NCBI GenBank assembly: GCA_965200535.1
Contig: CBDAUF010000002.1
Location: 403,995-467,994 of the forward strand
Origin: Alphaproteobacteria bacterium
Lineage (GTDB): Bacteria; Pseudomonadota; Alphaproteobacteria; MPNO01
Direction of reading: 5' to 3'
DNA length: 64,000 bases
The translations under genes and the position numbers were made by a program. Positions 9,156 to 23,364 of this stretch are shown piece by piece. Each line of letters starts with the position of its first letter. The stretch's first letter is position 1. A model generated the notes under the pieces. It worked only from the letters and a program-made list of their open reading frames with translations. It was not told the origin of the DNA and searched no databases.

Positions 9156-12100
9156 ACGGGGCCGACGGCCAGACGGTTGCCTCGCGCCCTGCGGTCTCCG
9201 CCTGGGTGGATGCCTCCGCCGGGACCGGCAAGACCAAGGTGCTGGCGGACCGGGTGCTGCGTCTGCTGCTCGCCGGCGCGCCGCCGTCCGGGATCCTTGC
9301 GCTCACCTTTACACGGGCGGCCGCGGCGGAGATGTCCAACCGTATCTTCTCCCAACTCGGCCGTTGGGAAGGGTTGTCCGACCGGGCGCTTCGCAGCACG
9401 CTCGCCGAGCTTCTCGAGGAGCCGCCCGACGACGACACCGTGGCCCGCGCCCGGGCGCTGTTTCTCCGGGTGCTGGATGCCCCCGGCGGAATGAAGATCC
9501 AGACCATCCACGCCTTCTGCCAGTCGGTCCTCGGCCGCTTCCCGCTCGAAGCCGGGATCAACCCGCATTTCCGGGTGATGGACGAGCGCACCGAGAGAGA
9601 GCTTCTGCAGCGCGCCCGCGACGCGGTGATCGCGGAAGCCGCGCGCGACCCCGGCTCCCCGCTTGCCGGTGCGCTCGGAATCGTTGCCGAGCGCGCCGGC
9701 GAGGGCGGGTTCGACGCGCTGATGGGCCAGCTTTCCCGATCCCGCAGCAAGGTCGAGGCGCTGGCCGGGAAGGCCCTGCCGGATATCGAGTCGGAGACGC
9801 ACCGGTATTTCGATCTCGATCCCGAGGAGACCGTGGAAACGGTTCTCGCCGCGGCCTGCGCCGAAAGCGCGTTCGACCGCGAGGGGCTCAGACGCGCCGC
9901 GAACGCGCTTTCCGGGGGAGGGAAAACCGACCAGGCCGCCGGCGAGGCGATCGGCGCTTGGCTCGCCGATCCGGCCTCGCGGGAAGACTCCTTCCACGAT
10001 TACATGGAGGCCTTCCTGACCCGCGCCGGCGAGATTCGGAAACGGCTGCCGACGAAGGCGGTCGCGGCGGCGGCGCCCGCGGCGGCCGAGGTCTGGCAAA
10101 CCGAGGCGGTGCGGGTGAAGGATGTCCGCGACCGCCTGCTTGCCGTCGCTGCCGCGGAGGAGAGCGCTGCGCTCGCCCGCGTCGGCGCCGCGCTGCTCTC
10201 GTCCTACCGGGCCGAAAAGGTCCTCATGGGCCGGCTCGATTACGACGACCTGATCGCTCGCGTGCAGCGCCTGGTCGAGAACGAGGCAGCGGCGGCCTGG
10301 GTTCTCTACAAGCTCGACGGCGGCATCGACCACGTCCTGATCGACGAGGCCCAGGACACCAACCCCCGGCAATGGGCGGTTGTCCGGGCGCTGGTCGGGG
10401 ACTTCTTCTCCGGCGAGAGCGCCCATGAGGGCGCACGCACCGTCTTCGCCGTCGGCGATCCGAAACAGTCGATCTACAGTTTCCAGGGCGTCGAAGCCGG
10501 CGACTTCGCCGCCGTGCGGGAAGACCTCCGACAGCGCGTCGAGCAGTCCGGTGCGGCGTGGGAGGGGGTCGAACTCGGACGTTCGTTCCGCTCCACCGGG
10601 GCGGTGCTGCGCGCCGTCGATGCGGTGTTCGCCGACGAGGATGCGCGGCGCGGCCTCGGCGGCCGGCCGGTGCGGCACGCGGCCAGCCGTATCGGGCAGG
10701 CGGGGCTGGTCGCGCTCTGGCCGCCGGCCCGGCCGAGCGACGGGGAGGACGCGGATCCCTGGCAGACGGCGGCGGCGCCGTTCGCTCACCAGACCGCCGC
10801 TTATCGCCTTGCCGAGGTCACAGCCGCCGCCGTCGAGGGGTGGATTGCATCGGGGGAGCGGGTGGAGAGCCGCGGCCGGCCGGTGCGCGCCGGCGACATC
10901 ATGGTGCTGGTCCGGCACCGGACCGAATTCGTCGATCACCTGGTCCGCGCCTTCAAGCAGCGGTCGGTGAACGTCGCCGGGGTCGACCGTCTGCTTCTGT
11001 CGCGGCAGCTCGCAGTGATGGACCTGCTCGCACTCGCCGAGGCGGCGCTGATGGTGGACGATGACCTTACCCTTGCCGCCGTCCTGAAGGGGCCCTTGAT
11101 CGGGCTCGACGAAGAGGCGCTGTTCGAGCTCGCTTACGGCCGCGACAAGGCGACCCTGGCATCCTGCCTCGCCGGGCGGGCGGGCGACCCGCGCTTCGCC
11201 GATGCCCACGCGGCGCTCCGCCCGGTGCTGGCGATGGCCGATTTCGTGCCGCCCTACGAGTTTTTCAGCCGCATCCTCGGCGCCCTGGGCGGGCGCGAAA
11301 GGATCGTCGCCCGCCTTGGCCCGGAGGCGGAGGATCCGATCGACGAGTTCCTCTCGCTCGCTCTCGATTACGAGCGCGAGCATGCGCCGTCCCTTCAGGG
11401 TTTCGTCGCCTGGTTCAACGATGCCCGGGCCGAGATCAAGCGCGATCTCGAGCAGGCCGCGCGCGACGAGGTCCGGGTGCTGACGGTCCACGGGGCCAAG
11501 GGTTTGCAGGCGCCCGTCGTCATCCTCGCCGACCGGATGCAGGCCCCCGTCCTCCGCGATCCCGTCCTGTGGTCGGACACGTCGCCGCCGGTTCTCGTCT
11601 GGAAACGGTCGGAGGCCGCGCGGGACCGAATCTCCGACAGCCTTGTCGACCGGGCGAAGATGAGCGGGGAGGAGGAATACCGCCGCCTGCTCTACGTCGC
11701 GATGACGCGGGCCGAGGACCGGCTCTACGTCGCCGGCTACATGTCGGGCAACGCCGTGCCCGAAGGGTGCTGGTACGACATGGTGGAGCGCGCCCTGAAG
11801 CCCATCGCCAAACCGCGCGAGATGCGCCTCGCGGCGCCGGAAGAAGGGATCGTCGTGACCGGGCCGGGGCTGGTCCTCGAGGAACCGCAGACCGCCCCGC
11901 CCGACCGTGCGGGGCGGATCCGCGGGGAAACGCCGGCGGAAGAGGCGCTTCCCGGCTGGGTGCGGCGCAGGGCGGCGGAGGAGCCGGCCGTGCGGCCCGT
12001 GCGAAGCCCGTCCCGGCTGGACGATGACGCGACGCCGGTCCGGTCGCCCGGCGGGGACGGCGCTTTCAGACGCGGGCGGATCGTCCATGACATCCTGCGT

Positions 12101-12559
12101 CGGATGCCGGCGCCGCCGCCGGCCGATATCCGCGCGGCGGTCGAAGCCTCTCTCGCCCGCCCGGTGTTCGAACTCGCGGCCGGCGAACGCGCTGCGATCG
12201 CCGGGGAGATCGCGGCGCTGTTCGCCGATCCGCGCGTGGCCGCCGTTTTCGCTCCCGGATCGCGGGCCGAGGTCGCGATCGCCGGGCGCATCGGCGAACG
12301 GGCGTATTCGGGGTCCATCGACCGGCTCGCGGTGGACGCGGAAACGGTCCGGCTGGTCGAGTTCAAGACCGACCGCGACCCGCCCGCGGCGGCGGCCGAC
12401 ATCCCGCGCCCCTATTTGCGGCAGATCGCCGCCTACCGGGCGCTGCTGTCCGGGGTCTATCCGGACAGGCGGATCGAAAGCACGCTGGTGTGGACGGTCG
12501 GGCCGGCGGCGATGGCGGTCCCCGACCCGCTGCTCGACAGGGCGCTCGCCCGACCTTGA
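9152..12559 (+). CDS. addA: Double-strand break repair helicase-nuclease AddA (UvrD/Rep superfamily 1)
   Basis: Walker A SAGTGKTKVL, helicase motif II VLIDEAQDTN and a C-terminal RecB-type nuclease motif (LVEFKTD). Its start overlaps the addB stop. Confidence 0.85.
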   Translation: MNGADGQTVASRPAVSAWVDASAGTGKTKVLADRVLRLLLAGAPPSGILALTFTRAAAAEMSNRIFSQLGRWEGLSDRALRSTLAELLEEPPDDDTVARARALFLRVLDAPGGMKIQTIHAFCQSVLGRFPLEAGINPHFRVMDERTERELLQRARDAVIAEAARDPGSPLAGALGIVAERAGEGGFDALMGQLSRSRSKVEALAGKALPDIESETHRYFDLDPEETVETVLAAACAESAFDREGLRRAANALSGGGKTDQAAGEAIGAWLADPASREDSFHDYMEAFLTRAGEIRKRLPTKAVAAAAPAAAEVWQTEAVRVKDVRDRLLAVAAAEESAALARVGAALLSSYRAEKVLMGRLDYDDLIARVQRLVENEAAAAWVLYKLDGGIDHVLIDEAQDTNPRQWAVVRALVGDFFSGESAHEGARTVFAVGDPKQSIYSFQGVEAGDFAAVREDLRQRVEQSGAAWEGVELGRSFRSTGAVLRAVDAVFADEDARRGLGGRPVRHAASRIGQAGLVALWPPARPSDGEDADPWQTAAAPFAHQTAAYRLAEVTAAAVEGWIASGERVESRGRPVRAGDIMVLVRHRTEFVDHLVRAFKQRSVNVAGVDRLLLSRQLAVMDLLALAEAALMVDDDLTLAAVLKGPLIGLDEEALFELAYGRDKATLASCLAGRAGDPRFADAHAALRPVLAMADFVPPYEFFSRILGALGGRERIVARLGPEAEDPIDEFLSLALDYEREHAPSLQGFVAWFNDARAEIKRDLEQAARDEVRVLTVHGAKGLQAPVVILADRMQAPVLRDPVLWSDTSPPVLVWKRSEAARDRISDSLVDRAKMSGEEEYRRLLYVAMTRAEDRLYVAGYMSGNAVPEGCWYDMVERALKPIAKPREMRLAAPEEGIVVTGPGLVLEEPQTAPPDRAGRIRGETPAEEALPGWVRRRAAEEPAVRPVRSPSRLDDDATPVRSPGGDGAFRRGRIVHDILRRMPAPPPADIRAAVEASLARPVFELAAGERAAIAGEIAALFADPRVAAVFAPGSRAEVAIAGRIGERAYSGSIDRLAVDAETVRLVEFKTDRDPPAAAADIPRPYLRQIAAYRALLSGVYPDRRIESTLVWTVGPAAMAVPDPLLDRALARP

Positions 12560-12618
12560 CCGGCACAGCGGCGATACCTACTTAGAAGACAGCCGCGCAA
12601 TCCCGCGCGGACGGGGAT

Positions 12619-12945
12619 TTGATCATGGCGACCAAGCCGATTTCGGACGACTCCTTTGATGCCGACGTGCTGCGGGCAGAGGGGCCCGTCGTCGTCGACT
12701 TCTGGGCCGAATGGTGCGGTCCGTGCAAGCAGATCGGGCCTTATCTCGAGGAGATCTCCGATGAGATGAGCGGCCAGGTCACGGTCGCCAAGCTCAATAT
12801 CGACGACAACCCGATGACGCCGTCGAAATACGGCGTGCGCGGCATCCCGACGCTGATGATCTTCGACGGAGGCGAACTCGCCGCCACCAAGGTGGGTGCG
12901 CTGCCGAAATCGAAGATCGTCGAATGGATCCGCTCCGCCCTCTGA
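12619..12945 (+). CDS. trxA: Thioredoxin
   Basis: 108 aa with the WCGPC active site and the GIPTLMIF motif. Confidence 0.95.
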   Translation: MIMATKPISDDSFDADVLRAEGPVVVDFWAEWCGPCKQIGPYLEEISDEMSGQVTVAKLNIDDNPMTPSKYGVRGIPTLMIFDGGELAATKVGALPKSKIVEWIRSAL

Positions 12946-12963
12946 GTCGACGCGGACCGCGGT

Positions 12964-13137
12964 TCAACCGCCCGCGGGTTTCAGCACGAACATCCGGTCG
13001 CAGTAGGGGCATTCCACCCGCCCGTCGTTGGCGAGGCTGAGATACACCCGCGGGTGGCCCAGCGGGCCGCCCCCGTCGCAGGCGACTTCGCGGGTTTCGA
13101 CCTCGACGATCTCGGGAGGCTCGATCGGCTCTGGCAT
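12964..13137 (-). CDS. Small zinc-finger (zf-CHCC / NDUFS6-like) protein
   Basis: 57 aa: MPEPIEPPEIVEVETREVACDGGGPLGHPRVYLSL...VECPYCDRMF. The internal ATG at 13137 was chosen because the longer track ORF (to 13317) runs through non-coding-looking AT-rich DNA and the parS palindrome. Confidence 0.7.
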   Translation of the reverse strand: MPEPIEPPEIVEVETREVACDGGGPLGHPRVYLSLANDGRVECPYCDRMFVLKPAGG

Positions 13138-13281
13138 GGCGGGTGCATCCGTCTGCGAAAGGCGCCGGATGATACCGCAAGGGCTCCGCCGATCAACGCG
13201 CGCCGGCCGGTATCCGGCAACGCGGCAATTCCCGCGTTCCTCATCCATCGTGCGAAGAAGACCGCGCAGTCTCATGATCAA

Positions 13282-13297
13282 TGTTTCACGTGAAACA
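13282..13297. promoter_or_regulatory. parS: parS (ParB-binding centromere-like site), 16/16 match to consensus TGTTTCACGTGAAACA
   Basis: Exact 16-mer, embedded in a perfect 22-bp palindrome CAATGTTTCACGTGAAACATTG (13279-13300). It lies in a locally AT-rich intergenic stretch. Confidence 0.8.
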
Positions 13298-13319
13298 TTG
13301 GTCAATATTGCTGCCATAA

Positions 13320-14531
<1,212 letters not shown>

Positions 14532-14557
14532 CTGCCGCCTCCCGGTCCGAGTTCGTC

Positions 14558-16633
<2,076 letters not shown>

Positions 16634-16684
16634 GTGCCGCTGTCGCCGTAGTTAGTGAGTGTCTAGCGTAGAGGGGGGAGAGGG

Positions 16685-17875
16685 ATGTCGAAGTCGAGGT
16701 TTGAGCGGACGAAGCCGCACTGCAATGTGGGGACGATCGGTCATGTGGATCATGGCAAGACGACGTTGACGGCGGCGATCACGAAGGTGTTGGCGGAGGC
16801 GGGCGGTGCGGAGTACACGGCGTACGACGAGATCGACAAGGCGCCGGAGGAGAAGGCGCGGGGGATCACGATAGCGACGGCGCATGTGGAGTACGAGACG
16901 GGGGAGCGTCATTACGCGCACGTGGATTGTCCGGGTCATGCGGACTATGTGAAGAACATGATCACGGGTGCGGCGCAGATGGACGGAGCGATTCTGGTGG
17001 TTTCTGCGGCGGACGGTCCGATGCCCCAGACGCGGGAGCACATATTGCTGGCGCGTCAGGTGGGGGTTCCGGCGATTGTGGTTTACATGAACAAGGTCGA
17101 TCAGGTGGACGACGAGGAGTTGCTGGATCTTGTTGAGTTGGAGGTTCGCGAGCTGCTGTCGAGTTATGATTTTCCCGGGGATGACATTCCGGTGGTTCGG
17201 GGTTCGGCGCTGTCGGCGTTGGAGGGAGTGTCTGATGCGTCCGGGACGGGATCGGTTCTTGAGTTGATGGCGGCGGTTGACGGTTATGTTCCCCAGCCGG
17301 ACCGTCCGAAGGACATGGCGTTTCTGATGCCGATCGAGGATGTGTTTTCGATTTCGGGTCGCGGGACGGTAGTGACGGGCCGTATTGAGCGCGGGACGAT
17401 CAAGGTCGGCGAGGAGGTGGAGATTGTCGGTCTGAAGGAGACGTCGAAGACGGTGGTGACGGGTGTCGAGATGTTCCGCAAGCTTCTGGACAGCGGCGAG
17501 GCGGGGGACAATGTGGGTTGTCTTCTGCGCGGGGTCGGTCGGACGGAGGTGGAGCGCGGCCAGGTATTGGCGCGGCCGGGTTCGATCACGCCGCACACGC
17601 GTTTCAAGGCGGAGGCGTACATTCTGACGAAGGACGAGGGCGGCCGACACACGCCGTTTTTCAGCAACTACCGGCCGCAGTTTTACTTCCGGACGACGGA
17701 TGTGACGGGCCAGGTGGCGTTGCCGGAGGGGACGGAGATGGTGATGCCGGGCGACAATGTGTCGATGGATGTGGAGTTGATCGTGCCGATCGCGATGGAC
17801 GAGGGGCTGCGCTTCGCCATCCGCGAAGGCGGCCGAACCGTCGGCGCCGGCGTCGTCGCACAGATCATCGAGTGA
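16685..17875 (+). CDS. tuf: Elongation factor Tu
   Basis: [26 protein letters not shown], 396 aa. Its codon usage is atypical (see findings). Confidence 0.97.
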   Translation: MSKSRFERTKPHCNVGTIGHVDHGKTTLTAAITKVLAEAGGAEYTAYDEIDKAPEEKARGITIATAHVEYETGERHYAHVDCPGHADYVKNMITGAAQMDGAILVVSAADGPMPQTREHILLARQVGVPAIVVYMNKVDQVDDEELLDLVELEVRELLSSYDFPGDDIPVVRGSALSALEGVSDASGTGSVLELMAAVDGYVPQPDRPKDMAFLMPIEDVFSISGRGTVVTGRIERGTIKVGEEVEIVGLKETSKTVVTGVEMFRKLLDSGEAGDNVGCLLRGVGRTEVERGQVLARPGSITPHTRFKAEAYILTKDEGGRHTPFFSNYRPQFYFRTTDVTGQVALPEGTEMVMPGDNVSMDVELIVPIAMDEGLRFAIREGGRTVGAGVVAQIIE

Positions 17876-17902
17876 CGGACAACGCCGGGCGGAGAGCAGC
17901 AA

Positions 17903-18211
<309 letters not shown>

Positions 18212-18221
18212 GGACGGGGCG

Positions 18222-18962
18222 ATGCGGACCGGCCTGATCGCCCGGAAACTTGGCATGACCCGCGTGTTTCGCGACGACGGCGCGCACGTCCCGGTGACGG
18301 TCCTCAGCGTCGACAATTGCCAGGTCGTGGCCGTCAAGACGGCGGAACGCGACGGCTACACCGCGCTCCAGCTCGGCGTCGGAACGGCCAGGGTAAAGAA
18401 TGTCTCGAAGCCCATGCGCGGGCACTTCGCCGGAGCCAGGGTCGAACCCAAGCGCAAGCTTGCCGAATTCCGCGTCTCCGGCGATGCGCTGCTCGATGTC
18501 GGCGCCGAACTGACCGTCGAGCATTTCGTTGCCGGCCAGTATGTCGACGTGGTCGGCACCAGCATCGGCAAGGGGTTCGCCGGCGCCATGAAACGGCACA
18601 ATTTCGGCGGGCTCGAAGCCACCCACGGCGTCTCGATCAGCCATCGCAGCCACGGCTCGACCGGCAACAGCCAGGATCCCGGCAAGGTGTTCAAGGGCAA
18701 GAAGATGGCCGGCCATCTCGGCGACGCCCGGACCACGGTGCAAAATCTCAGGATCCATTCCACCGATGCCGGGCGGGGGCTGATCATGGTGACCGGTGCG
18801 GTGCCCGGTGCGAAGGGCGGCTATGTGCTGGTCTCGGACGCGAAGAAGCGGCCGGCGCCCGACGGCGCGCCGTTCCCGGGCGCGGTCAGGGCCGGCGGCG
18901 CGGCCGACGGCGGGGATGGGAACGCGGCGCCGGAAGAGGCCGGGGGCGGCGATGAAAATTGA
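18222..18962 (+). CDS. rplC: 50S ribosomal protein L3
   Basis: [16 protein letters not shown]... Carries a low-complexity C-terminal tail. Confidence 0.95.
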   Translation: MRTGLIARKLGMTRVFRDDGAHVPVTVLSVDNCQVVAVKTAERDGYTALQLGVGTARVKNVSKPMRGHFAGARVEPKRKLAEFRVSGDALLDVGAELTVEHFVAGQYVDVVGTSIGKGFAGAMKRHNFGGLEATHGVSISHRSHGSTGNSQDPGKVFKGKKMAGHLGDARTTVQNLRIHSTDAGRGLIMVTGAVPGAKGGYVLVSDAKKRPAPDGAPFPGAVRAGGAADGGDGNAAPEEAGGGDEN

Positions 18963-19572
18963 CGTTGTGACCCTCGACAACGAGGCGGCGGGTTCGATCG
19001 AGCTCGCCGATCCGGTCTTCGCGGCGCCGATCCGCGGGGACATCCTCGCCCGCATGGTCAACTGGCAGCGGGCCAAGCGGCGGGCCGGCACCCACAGTAC
19101 CAGGGGCATCAGCGAAATCCGCGGGACCACGGCCAAACCCTACAAGCAGAAGGGCACCGGCCGCGCCCGCCAGGGCAGCCGCCGGTCGCCCCAGTTTCGC
19201 GGCGGGGCGGTGATCTTCGGCCCGAAGCCGCGCGACCATTCTCACAAGCTGCCGAAGAAGGTGCGCCGGCTGGCCCTGCGTGCGGCGCTGTCGAGCAAGC
19301 GCGAGGCGGGGCAACTCATCGTTCTCGACGCCGCGCGCACGGACGACCACAAGACCGCGGCGCTGGCCGCCCGGATCGCCGCCCTCGGCTGGCGCTCGGC
19401 ACTGATCATCGACGGGCCGGACCTCGATGCCAATTTCGTCCGCGCCGCCCGCAATCTTCCCGATATCGACGTGCTGCCGCAGCAGGGCGCCAACGTCTAC
19501 GACATACTGCGCTGCGAGACGCTGGTGCTGACCCGCGATGCGGTGGCCCATCTCGAGGAGCGGCTGTCGTGA
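18952..19572 (+). CDS. rplD: 50S ribosomal protein L4
   Basis: [10 protein letters not shown]...[15 protein letters not shown] 18952 overlaps the end of rplC. Confidence 0.95.
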   Translation: MKIDVVTLDNEAAGSIELADPVFAAPIRGDILARMVNWQRAKRRAGTHSTRGISEIRGTTAKPYKQKGTGRARQGSRRSPQFRGGAVIFGPKPRDHSHKLPKKVRRLALRAALSSKREAGQLIVLDAARTDDHKTAALAARIAALGWRSALIIDGPDLDANFVRAARNLPDIDVLPQQGANVYDILRCETLVLTRDAVAHLEERLS

Positions 19573-19886
19573 AACGCACCGGGCAGGTTCGGGTGTCGGA
19601 GGGGCGGGCCTGCGAGCTGCTGCGCGCCCCGGTCATCACCGAGAAATCGACGGTGGCGAGCGAGCACAACCAGATCACCTTCCGGGTGCCGCTCGACGCC
19701 ACCAAGCCCGAGATCAAGGCGGCGGTGGAGAAGCTGTTCGACGTCAAGGTCCTGGCCGTCAACACCATCCGCCAGAAGGGGAAAGTCAAGCGCTTCCGCG
19801 GCCGCGTCGGACGCCGCCCGGACACCAAGAAGGCCATGGTCTCGCTCGCCGAGGGCCATTCGATCGACGTGACGACGGGGGTCTAG
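19569..19886 (+). CDS. rplW: 50S ribosomal protein L23
   Basis: [12 protein letters not shown] motif. The GTG start overlaps the rplD stop. Confidence 0.9.
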   Translation: MKRTGQVRVSEGRACELLRAPVITEKSTVASEHNQITFRVPLDATKPEIKAAVEKLFDVKVLAVNTIRQKGKVKRFRGRVGRRPDTKKAMVSLAEGHSIDVTTGV

Positions 19887-19889
19887 GCG

Positions 19890-20717
19890 ATGGCGCTCAA
19901 GAAGTTCAACCCGGTCACCTCCTCGCAGCGCGGGCTGATCCTGGTCGACCGTGCGGAGTTGTGGAAGGGGCGTCCGGTCAAGACGCTGACCGAGGGTCTT
20001 TCGTCCAAGGGCGGGCGCAACAATGCCGGCCGGATCACCGCGCGGCGGCGCGGCGGCGGCCACAAGCGGCTCTACCGCAAGATCGATTTCAAGCGGCGCA
20101 AGTTCGATGTGCCGGCGACGGTCGAGCGGATCGAGTACGACCCCAACCGGTCGGCGTTCATCGCGCTGCTCAAGTACGAGGACGGGGAGCAGAGCTACAT
20201 CATTGCGCCGCAGCGCCTCGCGGTCGGCGATACGGTGGTTGCCGGCAGGTCGGTGGACGTGAAGCCCGGCAACGCGATGCCGATGGAGAACATCCCGGTC
20301 GGCACCATCATCCACAACATTGAGATGCGGCCCGGCAAGGGCGCGCAGATTGCCCGGGCGGCGGGGACCTATGCGCAGCTCGTCGGCAAGGATTCGGGCT
20401 ACGCCCAGCTTCGCCTGACCTCGGGCGAAGCCCGCATGGTGCCGGCGCGGTGCATGGCGACGATCGGCGCCGTGTCCAATTCGGACAATCAGAACATCAA
20501 GAAGGCGAAGGCCGGCCGCAACCGCTGGCTCGGCAAGCGGCCTTCGGTGCGCGGGGTTGCCATGAACCCGGTCGACCATCCGCACGGCGGGGGCGAGGGG
20601 CGGAGTTCCGGCGGGCGCCATCCGGTGACGCCCTGGGGGGTGCCCACCAAGGGCAAGCGGACGCGCGGCAAGAAGAAGAGCGATGCGCTCATCATGCGCC
20701 GCCGCCACAAGAGGTAG
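19890..20717 (+). CDS. rplB: 50S ribosomal protein L2
   Basis: [10 protein letters not shown] motif, 275 aa. Confidence 0.97.
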   Translation: MALKKFNPVTSSQRGLILVDRAELWKGRPVKTLTEGLSSKGGRNNAGRITARRRGGGHKRLYRKIDFKRRKFDVPATVERIEYDPNRSAFIALLKYEDGEQSYIIAPQRLAVGDTVVAGRSVDVKPGNAMPMENIPVGTIIHNIEMRPGKGAQIARAAGTYAQLVGKDSGYAQLRLTSGEARMVPARCMATIGAVSNSDNQNIKKAKAGRNRWLGKRPSVRGVAMNPVDHPHGGGEGRSSGGRHPVTPWGVPTKGKRTRGKKKSDALIMRRRHKR

Positions 20718-20729
20718 GGGAGGCAGACC

Positions 20730-21008
20730 GTGTCTCGTTCGGTTTGGAAAGGCCCGTTCGTCGACGGCTATCTTCTCAGGAAGGCCCAGAGGGTGCGGGA
20801 GTCCGGGCGCAAGGAGATCATCCGGACCTGGTCCCGGCGCTCGACCATCCTGCCCCAGTTCGTCGGCCTGACCTTCGGCGTCCACAACGGCCAGAAGTTC
20901 CTGCCGGTGCTGGTGACCGAGAACATGGTGGGCCACAAGTTCGGCGAGTTCGCGATGACCCGCACCTATCACGGCCACGCGGCCGACAAGCGCGCGCGGC
21001 GGGGCTGA
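20730..21008 (+). CDS. rpsS: 30S ribosomal protein S19
   Basis: [11 protein letters not shown]..., 92 aa. Confidence 0.95.
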   Translation: MSRSVWKGPFVDGYLLRKAQRVRESGRKEIIRTWSRRSTILPQFVGLTFGVHNGQKFLPVLVTENMVGHKFGEFAMTRTYHGHAADKRARRG

Positions 21009-21009
21009 G

Positions 21010-21399
21010 ATGGGCAAGCCCTCGGCACCCCGGCGGCTCGACGAGAACGAGGCGATGGCCTATCTCAAGGGCATCCATGCCAGCCCGCGCAAGCTCAACC
21101 TCGTCGCCGGGATGATCCGCGGCATGGACGTCTCGCGCGCGCTGAACGCCCTTGCCTTCTCGCGCCGCCGCGTCGCCGGCGATGTCCGCAAGGTATTGCA
21201 GTCGGCGATTGCCAACGCCGAAAACAATCACCAACTCGATGTCGACCGGCTGGTCGTCGCCGAGGCCTTCGTTGGCCGCAGCTTCGTGATGAGACGATTT
21301 CGCGCGCGCGCCCGCGGACGGGTGGGACGGGTGGAAAAGCCGTTCAGCAACCTGACCGTCATCGTGCGGGAACGCGAGGAAGATGGAGAGAACGCCTGA
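21010..21399 (+). CDS. rplV: 50S ribosomal protein L22
   Basis: Sits at the expected position between rpsS and rpsC, 129 aa, with [14 protein letters not shown]. Confidence 0.95.
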   Translation: MGKPSAPRRLDENEAMAYLKGIHASPRKLNLVAGMIRGMDVSRALNALAFSRRRVAGDVRKVLQSAIANAENNHQLDVDRLVVAEAFVGRSFVMRRFRARARGRVGRVEKPFSNLTVIVREREEDGENA

Positions 21400-22076
21400 T
21401 GGGTCAGAAGGTCAATCCGGTAGGCCTCAGGGTCGGTATCAACCGCACGTGGGATTCGCGCTGGTACGCCGATGCGCAGTACGGCGACCTGCTGCACGAG
21501 GACCTGAAGCTGAGAGATTACCTGTTCCGGCGCCTGTCGCAGGCCGGCGTCAGCCGGGTGGTGATCGAACGGCCGGCCAAGAAGGCGCGGGTGACCATCC
21601 ATTCCGCGCGCCCGGGCGTGGTGATCGGCAAGAAGGGCGCCGATATCGAGCGGCTCCGGCTCGACGTGTCCCGGATGACCAACTCGGATGTTCACATCAA
21701 TATCGTCGAGTTCCGCAAGCCCGAGATCGACGCCAGGCTGGTGGCGGAGAACATCGCCCAGCAGCTCGAGCGCAGGGTCGCGTTCCGGCGGGCGATGAAG
21801 CGCGCCGTCCAGTCGGCGATGCGGCTCGGCGCCGAGGGCATCCGGATCAACTGTGGCGGGCGGCTCGGCGGGGCCGAGATCGCGCGCATGGAGTGGTACC
21901 GGGAGGGCCGCGTGCCGCTGCACACCCTGCGCGCCAATGTCGATTACGGGATCGCGACGGCGCGGACCACCTACGGCACCTGCGGGGTCAAGGTCTGGGT
22001 ATTCAAGGGCGAAATCATGGCGCACGACCCGATGGCGCTCGACAAGACGGAACAGCAATTGCAGACCGCCCGCTAG
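21399..22076 (+). CDS. rpsC: 30S ribosomal protein S3
   Basis: [16 protein letters not shown]..., 225 aa. Confidence 0.95.
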   Translation: MGQKVNPVGLRVGINRTWDSRWYADAQYGDLLHEDLKLRDYLFRRLSQAGVSRVVIERPAKKARVTIHSARPGVVIGKKGADIERLRLDVSRMTNSDVHINIVEFRKPEIDARLVAENIAQQLERRVAFRRAMKRAVQSAMRLGAEGIRINCGGRLGGAEIARMEWYREGRVPLHTLRANVDYGIATARTTYGTCGVKVWVFKGEIMAHDPMALDKTEQQLQTAR

Positions 22077-22103
22077 GCGGCGCGGTGGTAGGGGTACGGA
22101 GCG

Positions 22104-22523
22104 ATGCTGAGCCCGAAACGAACCAAGTTCAGAAAGGCCCACAAGGGCCGGATTCACGGCAACGCCAAGGCCGGCACGACGCTCAATTTCGGCGCCTACG
22201 GGCTGAAGGCGATGGGGCCGGGCCGCGTCACGGCGCGCCAGATCGAGGCCTCGCGGCGGGCGATCACCCGCCACATGAAGCGTTCCGGGCGGGTGTGGAT
22301 CCGCATTTTCCCCGACGTTCCGGTGTCGCAGAAGCCGGCCGAGGTTCGCCAGGGCAAGGGCAAGGGCTCGCCCGAGTACTGGGCATGCCGGGTCAAGCCC
22401 GGCCGGATCATGTTCGAGATCGACGGCGTGCCCGCCGACATCGCCCGCTCCGCGCTCGGACTGGCTGCGGCGAAGCTGCCGATCCCGGTTCGCTTCGTCC
22501 AGCGGCTGGCGGAAGGGCATTGA
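22104..22523 (+). CDS. rplP: 50S ribosomal protein L16
   Basis: [16 protein letters not shown]..., 139 aa. Confidence 0.95.
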   Translation: MLSPKRTKFRKAHKGRIHGNAKAGTTLNFGAYGLKAMGPGRVTARQIEASRRAITRHMKRSGRVWIRIFPDVPVSQKPAEVRQGKGKGSPEYWACRVKPGRIMFEIDGVPADIARSALGLAAAKLPIPVRFVQRLAEGH

Positions 22524-22525
22524 CC

Positions 22526-22732
22526 ATGAAGGCCGCGGAAGTGAGGCAGAAGACGCCCGACGAACTCGCCGAGTCGCTGCGCACGCTTCGCAGGGAAGCG
22601 CTCAACCTGAGGTTCCAGCGCGCCAGCGGGCAGCTCGAGGCGACTTCGAGGATGCGCGAGGTCAGGCGTGACATTGCGCGCATCCAGACCATCATCAACG
22701 AGCGCCGCCGAGCGGCCGTAGCGGAGGACTGA
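22526..22732 (+). CDS. rpmC: 50S ribosomal protein L29
   Basis: [18 protein letters not shown]...LRFQ. In frame at the end of track ORF 21383..22732. Confidence 0.9.
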   Translation: MKAAEVRQKTPDELAESLRTLRREALNLRFQRASGQLEATSRMREVRRDIARIQTIINERRRAAVAED

Positions 22733-22735
22733 GCG

Positions 22736-22987
22736 GTGCCGAGGCGCGTACTGCAGGGTGTCGTGGTAAGCGACAAGATGGACAAGACTGTCGTCGTGCG
22801 GGTCGAACGCCGGGTTCGGCATCCGCTCTACAAGAAATTCATCCGCCGGTCGGGCAAGTTTGCCGCGCACGACGCCGCGAACCGGTGCAAGGAAGGCGAC
22901 GTGGTGCGTATCCGCGAGTGCCGGCCGCTGTCGAGTTCCAAGCGGTGGGAAGTGATCGACGAGCCGGGCGCGGCGCCGGCGACGTGA
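22736..22987 (+). CDS. rpsQ: 30S ribosomal protein S17
   Basis: [16 protein letters not shown] motif, 83 aa. Confidence 0.9.
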   Translation: MPRRVLQGVVVSDKMDKTVVVRVERRVRHPLYKKFIRRSGKFAAHDAANRCKEGDVVRIRECRPLSSSKRWEVIDEPGAAPAT

Positions 22988-22994
22988 GGACGCG

Positions 22995-23363
22995 ATGATC
23001 CAGGCCGAAAGCAAGCTCGAAGTCGCGGACAATTCGGGCGCCCGACGGGTCCAGTGCATCCGCATTCTCGGCGGGTCGCGGCGGCGCTGGGCGTCGGTCG
23101 GCGACGTGATCGTGGTTTCGGTCAAGGAAGCGATTCCGCGCGGCCGCGTGAAGAAGGGCGACATCCACAAGGCGGTCGTGGTGCGCACCGCGAAGGAGAT
23201 CCGCCGGCCCGACGGCACCGCCATCCGTTTCGACCGCAACGCGGCGGTCCTGATCAACCCCGCCGGCGAGCCCATCGGGACGCGTATCTTCGGCCCGGTC
23301 ACCCGCGAACTGCGCGCCAGACAGTACATGAAGATCATCTCGCTCGCGCCGGAGGTGCTGTGA
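22995..23363 (+). CDS. rplN: 50S ribosomal protein L14
   Basis: [17 protein letters not shown]..., 122 aa. Confidence 0.95.
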   Translation: MIQAESKLEVADNSGARRVQCIRILGGSRRRWASVGDVIVVSVKEAIPRGRVKKGDIHKAVVVRTAKEIRRPDGTAIRFDRNAAVLINPAGEPIGTRIFGPVTRELRARQYMKIISLAPEVL

Positions 23364-23364
23364 C

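Noticed and set aside
12964-13317. The full 117-aa version of the minus-strand ORF, whose N-terminal part reads ...NVSRETL...
   Set aside because: The VSRET peptide is simply the translation of the parS palindrome. The upstream 60 codons cross AT-rich non-coding-looking DNA. The conserved zf-CHCC domain begins at the internal Met (13137).
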